DNA of 64,000 bases from Ascidiella aspersa (lineage: Eukaryota), in assembly GCA_963924565.1 (NCBI GenBank), contig OZ004607.1, positions 28,334,001 to 28,398,000 of the forward strand. Direction: 5' to 3'. The notes below the pieces were generated by a model. The model saw only the letters and a program-made list of their open reading frames with translations, did not search any database and was not told where the DNA came from. A program made the translations under genes and the position numbers. Below are positions 1-9,600 of this stretch, piece after piece. Positions within the stretch are counted from its first letter, which is position 1, and each line of letters opens with the position of its first letter.

Positions 1-556
1 GTATTCTACTTTGAATATCCCTAGTGATCAGTCAACCTCTAATGTTATATATTCTGAATCAAGAGCTTTTCCACAAATTTTTTATGACAATTCTCATTGA
101 TAACAGTACAGGGAGATACAACTGTTATTGTCAAGCTTTTTTTCACATGTGCTAGATACAAACTTAAAAGTTATAAATGGATGGTCAAATGTATTTTGAA
201 ACCACATGAAATTAAACTAGCAGTTCTACAGTGTCTGTTTTTAATGTTATTTGGTAAATGTATATATTATCTCTGAATGCTGTGACTTTATACATATCAT
301 CTAATCAAAGTTGAAAATATTTTATCCTTTCAGTTGTATATCTGCAAAAAGTATGATAAGTCTGCAGATTGCAGAATGTCAGGAATATCTTTACCTTCTT
401 AGAATGATTGAGATACAAAAAGTACTTTTGATTCACAGGGTTGTTTATTGTAACAAAAAATATGACACATTAATTGTTCATCTTCAACTCACAGTCCAAA
501 TTCATACAATATTTGTGTTTAGGCTATGGTCAAAGTTAAATAAGATAAAGATGAAT

Positions 557-3391
557 TTATTTGGAAGGGGGTAAAATTGAATATGCTAAAGAATCCAAAA
601 TTGGCACAGCCCCTCGTTCTGCTATAGTTTTAAGAATTCGTCCAAGAAACTCACTACATTCGTCAAAGTCCAATTCATGCTTCTTGATTAAATTCATGTT
701 TATTCTGGTTGCACCTCTTTTCCAAATTTGACAGAAATTTATTGCTTGGGTCATTAGCTTTTTCAGAGTTCCGCTAACAAGTTTCTCCGCCATTACTTTA
801 TTGTCCAATAAACACAATGTGCAAATTCGACTTAAAAAATGGTGATGGAAAAGCAAAATGTCATCCAATGACTTTGCCTCTTGCATTCTTAAGGTAAACG
901 AATGTCTCTCAGATTGAATGACACTTGTCATAACAAAACTATGCCAATGCTTCAGTACATGTAGTATTTTGGAACGTAAAACGGCAAGATGATGACACTT
1001 TTTTTTAACTAAAGCTTTTTCACTTGGTTCAGCTGTTTCATCACTAAATAGGGTAAGGGTGGACAGTTTAAGTAATTCAACACAAGTGACTGCTCTTTTA
1101 ATTTGCAACAAATAACTAAAAATCGCCTGATAGCGTTTAACAGTGTCTTTTGTGAGGACAAGAGTCAGTGGCCATTTTACTTCATACTCAATTTGCAAAT
1201 CATCTGTTACTTTGAGGACGTCTTGAACAGGCGATTCTTCCTTTGCTTTACTGGGAAACAATCCTTCCTTGTCAATTTTCTTCTCATTTGCACTCTTAAG
1301 GGTCATATAAATATCAACACTATCAGAGATTTTTTTGCCAATTGCCTCGTGCAGGAAAATGTTGAGGGTGACAATATCATAACTTATCTTGCCATTTTGG
1401 CTGATGTCCAAAAACAGGGTAGTGCAAAAATCGTGCATCACATCACCCCAGCCCATGAAATGGAAGTTGTGAAAAATATCTAGTGTTTCTTGCAGTCCAT
1501 AATTCTTTCTGAAGATTTCTAAAAGTCGCGTGCTGGCAAAATTGCATTTTAATTCAATGTATTGATGTAAAGAGCGGTGTACCGCAACAGTAAATGGAGT
1601 GGATATATTTACTATTTTATCTATTTTGGGTTCCTTTGGTTTAAATGGCAATGTTTCGGGGCACAGCAAATTGAAATTAGAACACAGTAAAATATCTCCA
1701 TCTTTGTTTTTGTTATGAACTTTCTTGGTTAAGGTGGCTTCTTCAACCTCATTAGTAACAGGTTGGTTGCACATTATACTAAGCATTTGTTTAAAGAAAC
1801 AGTTATAAATCCGTTCCTTATGAACAGATTCAGATAGCAAAGTCAGCTTTAATATTTTGACATCCAGCTTTTCTGTTAATAGCACCAGGGTTTTAACAAT
1901 TTCCATTGACTTTCCTCCAGTAATAATGAGTTCCCACATTGCATGTAGCCAAGGCAACTTTTCACAATCTTCAGTAACTAGTGAAACTCCATCTTTCCAG
2001 AAATCTTCCTCCTGACAGTTAACAAAGTTGGGTGAACGTCGGAGAACAAATTCCTGCCTCGGGTCATCTAACTCACCGCAACCAATCCACTTGTCAATAA
2101 TGTCAATATAAGGCTCAACAGCTCCAAGCCATAGAAATACTAAAACATCAACTGGCTGCTCAGAGCTTCTCGAGTCTAAATTGTGGCAGTTAATTTCATC
2201 CAATATCGAAGCGTAGAGTACATTCAGTAATCTACTTGCATGAAGAGCTGGGCTTTCAGCATTATTGTCCATGCTAATGGAGCAATCGTAGATTCTGCTC
2301 AGAGTATCAATAATTGCAATGTGTCCAGCAACAGATTCTTTAAGGTCATCAAGCAACAAAGTATCTTCCAAACCTACAACTGAGCTTTCCAATTTAAGCA
2401 GTTTTGAGCTCATAACTTTAAAATACTTAAGTAATGATGCTGCATATGCTTCATACGTCAGTGTTTCTCTGGATTTGGAGGAAAATATGAATGCTTTAAG
2501 TTTAGTGATTTGATTTCCTGCTGTGTTAAAAACCTGCAACATCTGTTGGACACTTTCTTTTGTTTGATGTGACAGCAAGAGATCACTGGAAACACAGTGC
2601 TTGTTATTATCTTCAGGAAACACAAAAAGGCTCTTTCGACCTGACAGCAGCCATATCACTTCCCTCATGATGTTCCATTCGGTCAGTTGAACATCACTTT
2701 TGCCACTTGTGGGACTGCACAGTGAGCAAATGTTTTTTAAAACGCTTTGCTCTGTCAACAGTATAGTGTTAGCTTTCCAGTAGGCAGTGACTAGATTAAC
2801 CTCTTTTCCATGTTTGTCGGTAACAGAAACCTGCAGTTTGTCAGGTGATTTTTGCTCAGTTTGAGGATCTACCTGTTGTTTAGTGTCTATGAAGTCTTCA
2901 TCTTCGTCTTCAGAATGCATGGGTGATTCATCCCAGGTAAAAAGACTAGGTTTATCCTCTCCAGATAACAGATAAGCGCCCCAGTCAAAATTCCTTCTTT
3001 TGTATTGAATTGCTTTTGGCATGGGCCTCGAGTATGTTGCGTTTACCGGGCTAACAGACATTTGTAGCAGAATTTCTAGCAAACTATAGTGGACCTGGCT
3101 GTTTGAATAACTGATTTTGCTCAAATCATTTTCAAGAAATTTCTTTAACAGTTGTTGTAGTTCTGTTGATTTAATTGGTTGAGCATGAACATTGAACTTT
3201 TCACACATTCCGCTTAGTTGTTTGGTGATCTTGTGGCTGTCAGCCTCTAGAAAGCGATGGTGAAGGAAGTTTGAAAGCGAAAACTCCATACATGATTCAT
3301 GGTTTTCACTCCCTTCCTTGAAGTTGGTCAAAGAGGATATCAATAGTGCAGTAAGTTTCTTAAGATTCTTGTTAAATTTCTGGTTATGCAT
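557..3391 (-). CDS. TUBGCP5: Gamma-tubulin complex component 5, single coding exon (~944 aa)
   Basis: 966-aa ORF; likely true start MHNQK at 3391, 8 nt after a pyrimidine tract/AG (3400-3401). GCP5-type motifs: FLHHRFLEADSH, FDWGAYLLSGE, EWNIMREVIWLLSG, PYIDIIDKWIGCGELDDPRQEF, FHFMGWGDVMHDFC, YEVKWPLTLVL...YQAIFSYLLQIKRA (GRIP1/GRIP2 domains). Confidence 0.93.
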   Translation of the reverse strand: MHNQKFNKNLKKLTALLISSLTNFKEGSENHESCMEFSLSNFLHHRFLEADSHKITKQLSGMCEKFNVHAQPIKSTELQQLLKKFLENDLSKISYSNSQVHYSLLEILLQMSVSPVNATYSRPMPKAIQYKRRNFDWGAYLLSGEDKPSLFTWDESPMHSEDEDEDFIDTKQQVDPQTEQKSPDKLQVSVTDKHGKEVNLVTAYWKANTILLTEQSVLKNICSLCSPTSGKSDVQLTEWNIMREVIWLLSGRKSLFVFPEDNNKHCVSSDLLLSHQTKESVQQMLQVFNTAGNQITKLKAFIFSSKSRETLTYEAYAASLLKYFKVMSSKLLKLESSVVGLEDTLLLDDLKESVAGHIAIIDTLSRIYDCSISMDNNAESPALHASRLLNVLYASILDEINCHNLDSRSSEQPVDVLVFLWLGAVEPYIDIIDKWIGCGELDDPRQEFVLRRSPNFVNCQEEDFWKDGVSLVTEDCEKLPWLHAMWELIITGGKSMEIVKTLVLLTEKLDVKILKLTLLSESVHKERIYNCFFKQMLSIMCNQPVTNEVEEATLTKKVHNKNKDGDILLCSNFNLLCPETLPFKPKEPKIDKIVNISTPFTVAVHRSLHQYIELKCNFASTRLLEIFRKNYGLQETLDIFHNFHFMGWGDVMHDFCTTLFLDISQNGKISYDIVTLNIFLHEAIGKKISDSVDIYMTLKSANEKKIDKEGLFPSKAKEESPVQDVLKVTDDLQIEYEVKWPLTLVLTKDTVKRYQAIFSYLLQIKRAVTCVELLKLSTLTLFSDETAEPSEKALVKKKCHHLAVLRSKILHVLKHWHSFVMTSVIQSERHSFTLRMQEAKSLDDILLFHHHFLSRICTLCLLDNKVMAEKLVSGTLKKLMTQAINFCQIWKRGATRINMNLIKKHELDFDECSEFLGRILKTIAERGAVPILDSLAYSILPPSK

Positions 3392-4622
3392 TTTGAAAAC
3401 TGTAAATACAAAAAACTGTCTTTTAATGTAATGCATACATATACAAAAAAAATACATTTAATGGGAAAATATGAATTAAGGTCATTTTATTAAATAAACA
3501 TTTTTACGCCAAATATGACAGTGGTTAACAAACTTGAGTCTGTTAAATTAGTCTAAATCACCAATGTACAATACAAAGATGCATTTTAACATTTAATCAA
3601 TGTTTTAATTACTTTTGACCCAAAAAGCTAGTTTTTTCACTAAGGTTATAACCTAAGGCCACTAAGGTTAAAACTTATATTTTAAAGCCCTACTAACACT
3701 TTGTTCTCCTAATGTACATCCAAACAATACAACTTAAATTGAAACACCAAACCTGTAGAATAATGAATTTAGGAATAAGAAAAATAATAGAATAACTTTG
3801 TAATAATTACTACTTTGGAAAAGATACTATATTAGTTATGAAATTAAAAGTAGAAATATTGCTGAAGTTCCAAATGGAATCAGACCAGTACATTTATTAT
3901 TACAAGCATAAACTGTGGGCCCTCAAAACTGAAACAAGACCTATAATCCTTAGGATCCTGATTGAATTCCACTGCCTTTCCGCCAGAGATCTTTTGCGTG
4001 GAATGCTAGCCAAAAACCACGCCAGGGACGTCATTTGGCGTGGAATAACTAGTGAATTTACCAAAACTAATAGTCGTGTTTTTTTTGGCGTATATATTGT
4101 CCTATTTTGGCGTAGGATATTAACCGAAAAAAAAATTGGCCTAAATCTTTGACCGCCACAAATTATAGAATGCAGTCAGGCTTAGGATTACAACCCAAAC
4201 AAGAGTAAAACTGCTAAAATGAGTTTTAAATCAAGCCAACCACTATCTTATTCTGTTGTGGATATAACGCAATTTAATTTTATTATCACACAAGTTTTAT
4301 TACACTGAAGCTGAGTACTCCCCAATATTCTACTGTAAATATTGTTGCGCTATGAGTCATATAAAATATTAGTGCAACAAATATTTATTGACAGAATGTG
4401 CACTAAACTGAGGTATTTATTAATAATGACAACCTACATAATCACGATTCACTGTCTGCCAGAACCCGGCCAGTGACTTTTTATTCTTTAATTTGATGTG
4501 AAATTTACCCGGCTATAAAGGTAAGGTAGCTATTTTTAGAGTATGTGACAGACTTTTGCCGTAGGTTTTGGGGAAAAATGTTAGCGTGAATCTTTAGTGT
4601 CCACAAATTATGGAATGCAGTT

Positions 4623-5116
4623 TAGGGTTCCTCTCCAGAAATGTTTTGATAAAAAATACCCGGGGTTTCCCACGAATTAACAATCCCGAATGTCGGGAAT
4701 ATTTTTATAATCCCAGTTATTCGGCAACATAGCAAAAAAACTTGTCGTTTTTGACAGATATAAAGAAAAAATATTACCAAACCTATATTGAAGTCATTGC
4801 CAGAGTTGCTTAAATTGCGCTTGCCAGCGGAGAAACTTAATTAAAGTTATTCTACCAATAAAAATGTGCCATACATGCACTTTTTTAAAATAAAAACAAA
4901 TAAGGGTGCAGCCTTTAATACGACAAGGTCTTGTAAGACTACATAAGAAATACAGAACATAAATGAGCTAAATTAAATGTTTGGAGCTAATATTTAATAA
5001 CTTTAAACATCATAATGACGTTATTCGGTATAATTTTTCGTCGGGATTCCCGGGAATTTTCATTTTTCAATCCCGTTTCCCAGGAGTGAAAAAAATTGGC
5101 AAAAAGACGAACCCTA
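4623..5116. mobile_element. hAT-type MITE (TAGGGTTC...GAACCCTA)
   Basis: 8-bp terminal inverted repeat; exact 8-bp TSD ATGCAGTT at 4615-4622 and 5117-5124; subterminal CCCGGG/TTCCC motifs. Confidence 0.8.
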
Positions 5117-6139
5117 ATGCAGTTGGGTCAAAATGTAGTTGTTAAGCAGTCTGCATTTTATTGCACTTTTCCCCGAGGTATTGGGTGCGCAGTTCCAAAT
5201 GATAAGATGCCTATTAACCGCCCTGAATAACACCTTTATGGGTCTTAATAACGAACTCAGTTAGCATCATCCAAAAATTTTATTTCGTAGAAGTTTAAAA
5301 TTACGGCAAACATTGTTGTTTTTGTGGTCACCACTCATGCGTGAACTTACGCTGATGTAAATCATAGAATAAAATTATTTGGTTTGTTTGACCAAAGAGA
5401 TTATAATCTCTTTGGTATGACTTACTGCCATAAAATGTCGTTAAACTACAATCTTTATGAAACCTACCTGCTAATGGTATCTACAGTCTATGTTATAATT
5501 ATATTTCTGAATTAACCCTTGTGTAATTTTTGCGAGTAATGTGTGATTTATTTTTAATCTCTAATCGATACCAACTTCACAAACACCAACTGTTACTAAA
5601 ATCTCCATCTTGTGTCATACGAAAGTTAAATAGTTCTCAAAATCACAATCATAACAACTGAGGGCATAATTATATGTATTATAGATCAACCCTATACTTT
5701 ATTTTCTAAAAAAAAAGTTTTTCAAACATTATAATTTAATATTAAATATATGAATAGGGAAGAAATGGCGCTTCAATGAAAGTCTCCACTCTCCATCAGG
5801 ACATAATCAGGATGGCTTATTTTTACACAGACTTGGATAGTAGAATGAGCAGCATTTCTAGTTTGTTGACAATAACACTGTACAGCATTAATGATTCCCC
5901 ACACATGCGAATGTTAAAACATATAAATATAAATTTTATTTTCAAGAGGCGTTTTTAAGCAAGGAGCGAAATATATTTATCATGTAACATCCAATTCCAA
6001 ACTGATTTTCGGTTTACTATAAATTCTGTACTTAAGTTTTTTATCGTTTATGTGCAACCAGAATCGTTTCTTTTCAGTTTCACCATCGAGTTCAGGCAAA
6101 AACTTATATTCTTCAGAAAATTCTGTATATTGCAATTTG

Positions 6140-6349
6140 GTCACTGGTTTAGAATCCTACCACATTTTCGGCTGGGGGTTATATTGCTAACATTATTTGG
6201 GTTAGGGTGAGAGTTAGCGTTTGTGTTTGGGTGAGTCAAGTATTATAGTTATATTTATTCTTACATATTTATGCCTTCCTTGCAATTTAAACTTTGACAA
6301 CTCGTTTTGTTACTGCTAAAGTAAATGTGTAAGATTCTAGACCAGCGCC
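6140..6349. mobile_element. GGCGCT-ended MITE (GGCGCTGGTCTAGAATCC subfamily), degenerate
   Basis: Imperfect TIRs gtcactggtttagaatcc / gattctagaccagcgcc; internal TTGGGTTAGGGT motifs; no clear TSD. Confidence 0.6.
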
Positions 6350-6373
6350 CCGTTTTGTAGTATCAAAATATTG

Positions 6374-6541
6374 AGCGCTGGTCTAGAATCCCAGCCACAC
6401 TGAACATTATTTGGGTTAGGGTTGGGTTAAGTTAGGCAATATTACTACTCTCACCCAAACACTAACCGACATCCTAACCCAAATGTTGTAAGCTATATTA
6501 GAAATTGTTTCAACGCTGTGGTAGGATTCTAGACCAGTGCC
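6374..6541. mobile_element. GGCGCT-ended MITE (GGCGCTGGTCTAGAATCC subfamily)
   Basis: TIRs agcgctggtctagaatcc / ggattctagaccagtgcc; 8-bp TSD AAATATTG (6366-6373, 6542-6549); internal TTAGGG/CCTAAC motifs. Confidence 0.75.
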
Positions 6542-6648
6542 AAATATTGTTGTAACTTTTAATCTTCTTTGTGCTTTTTTTTACTGAATTCCTTCAAATT
6601 TGTAACTGAAGAGCAATTTTACTGTAATTTGTAAAAAAATATGTTAAT

Positions 6649-9600
6649 ATGGACCCTGAAGATGCTCGTGAATTCAAACATGTTAGAAGTTGCCTGCCAC
6701 TCAAGAAACACAACTTTTTGGGGTTAGTATTGTTTTACTAAGGTTTTTCTTTTTTTCTTTTACGGCATATAGTTGCACTCTCAGGCGGTGGAAAAATCAT
6801 CAAAATTTAGTTTCATCTCAAACTCATTTAACTACGGCAAGCTGGTTTAAATCTGTGTTCATTGGCCAAATGTGGCATTCAGGACATTATTATTTGTGGA
6901 TCTCGGAACATCTTCATTGTTCATTGATTCCAACACTTTTTATATTTATACTCTGTGCCAGGATGGAAAGTTTTGACCTGCAGTGTATATATCTGTTAGT
7001 ATCAGGGTGAAATTTGTATATCCATGAAAAAATCGATTAAACGCATAACATTTCAGTTTTTATACTAATTTACAGTTACCCTAATTTTAGTCGTAATTTT
7101 ACAAGGGCTGTGCAAATTTAAGGGGTAAAGTTTCGCTGTTATGTCATTTGGGTCTTAAAGCAAATGGATTGCTTTTTGTTGCTTAGAAAAAACATTTGAA
7201 TGATAGTGTGGTCATTATAGCAGGTAACAGTAGAGTTAGACTACTCTGAACTATGATATGCGGTCATGGACTAATTATCTTGCAACCATGTATAAAAAAA
7301 GATATTTAATTTATACAACCATCACCAAGTAGTTTAAAAAATATATTATTCCACAATAATTTTTTTAAGGGAGGATGGACTGACTTCAGATCTGAACAAG
7401 CAATTAAAAACTGTCACTGACCTTGCTGAGCATGTAACTGATGAAGATAATGATGTTTTGAAAGCGGTGAAATACAAGAAAAATGCTAAAGTTGGCCCAA
7501 ATCCTATTGAAAAGGTAATGTAAAGTTGTTGTTTTAAAATATGCTTCAATAAGATTTATAACCCATATAAATGCATCAATTTGGACAAGAAACGTAGTTT
7601 AAAAGCTATTTCATAAAATTATAAATGCTATTTCCCACACTGTTTCTTCTTGTATCTATATAATTATATATTTACTAATTGGATTGTATATATAGAGAGA
7701 GTTTCTAACACTTATTTTATGCACAAATTAAAAATATTTAATTTAAAATTTAATTTTTTTTTTAAATTGTTTCAATTTTGGTCTCCTAAACTTCAGAAAT
7801 CAGTAGATGTTTATATATAAATATTTTTTTGATTGTGCTTGTTTTTTTCTTTGTAGTGGTTTTTATTAGAGAAAGATGCAAAGAGGTCAATCCAGGAATA
7901 TGAATCATCAACCCTATCTAGATTTACATGCACTCGCAATCAAGCCTATGGTGTGTAAACGAATTGTCCCTATTAACTTACTAATATTAAATAAAACGTC
8001 ATATGCAAAAACTTTTTTTTAAATTCTGTTAATGAGAGTATTAATTTTAACTGAAAGTAGATTTCTTCCCCTGTTTTATGTGTTAAGGACAAATCATGAA
8101 GTGCTGTGGTAGAATGTAACAAGCTCATGCTTGAATTTTGAGTATAGTTTTGTAATATTGTTAACTTGGTAAACCTATTGAAATTTTGTCCGGTAATGTT
8201 AAATGTTGATTGAAACCATCACATTGTTTCAGACATTTCAAAAGGCAGAGTAAAATGGATTGAGACTTCAAACACTCCATATGTCATTAATCGCAACATC
8301 TTTTTTCTTTGTAAATTTGGAAGAAAGAACAGAAAAATAATTTCCCAGGGCAAACAAAATGTAAGTATCAATATTGCAAGATTCTGCATCACTGTCCCTA
8401 AAACCTTTGATATGCTAATTATTCAGCATAGGACTTTTTAATAGTAAGCATGTTTTTCTGGCATGACAAAGCAAACTGAGGTTGTGTGAGGTAATAAAAC
8501 AGTTCTGTATTTTTATCAGCAACTCAATGAAACAACATCTATGGAGTGCAATGCTTCAATAACTTTGCTTGAAGTTTTTACTTTTCCACAGTATAAGGTA
8601 CCAAAGTTTTTCAATATATATTATAAATATATATATATAATCGTTTTTTGTGGTTGGTAATCCTGAAAAGTTTTGATTGTAATACTACATTTTACATTCA
8701 ACATGTTTTTTTCATGAATGTATGAACTTTGTTTAGTCAAATTTGTTTTTTGTTTTGCATTACATACATTGATTTATTGACCCTGTAACCCTATTCTTTG
8801 TTGTTTGTCATTCACTGTACCATGACATTGAACCATAAAAATCAATTAATTTTATATTTTCAATATTGCTTCAAATTTAATTCTAGTTGGACTCCAATAT
8901 GAAAAAAGGATTTTCTGATGCAAAGAAAAAAGCAAGTGAAACTATTCGCCATAACCTTCACATGGGTAGTAAAGATCTAGTGAAACTACTTTCTTACTGT
9001 GTAAAAATACCCGCAGAAAATTCACACACCTGTCATTTGGCTGGCTGTGAGGTAATTAGTATCTGTTGTTATTTATCGGTGTACTTTGGTTTAGTTTATT
9101 CAATTGTATGAATTTTATATTGTTTTGTTGGTTAGATAAGCCAGTTGAAGGTCGAAATGGAAAGATTATTAACTTTTTGATTCAATTTGTGTTACCTATA
9201 TATACTTATATAATTAACTTGTTACTTTCTGTTAAAATGAAGTACCATGGTTGGCACTTTGTACTTGCCCGCTCGCAAATGCGAGTACAATTCACTCCCG
9301 GCAAAGCTGGTTGACACCCACTCGCTCAACTGGCGAGTGCCCTTTAGCAAAGATTGGTTGTTGTTTCCAGACCCAACGACGGTCTTAATTTATTTTATCC
9401 GTAACAAATTCTGTTTAATTTCGACGACGACTAGATGCCAAAAAATTTGTTTAATCGCTTACGATATACTTTTGCCAAACTATAACAAGAAATTGACCAA
9501 ACACATCGCACATGGTAAAAAGTGCTACTCTTTCATTTGGATGGACAATCAAAACCATTTTGTGGAGTAGAAAACAGTTATTTCCTGAGCATCTTTTTGA

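Noticed and set aside
1-486. Coding-like fragments on the minus strand (e.g. VEDEQLMCHIFCYNKQPCESK, LTITVVSPCTVINENCHKKFVEKLL)
   Set aside because: Interrupted by stops in every frame and no recognisable homology; not called as CDS or pseudogene.
3392-3457. N-terminal extension MYFFCICMHY... of the TUBGCP5 ORF
   Set aside because: It runs through a pyrimidine tract and acceptor AG; the likely start is the ATG at 3391.
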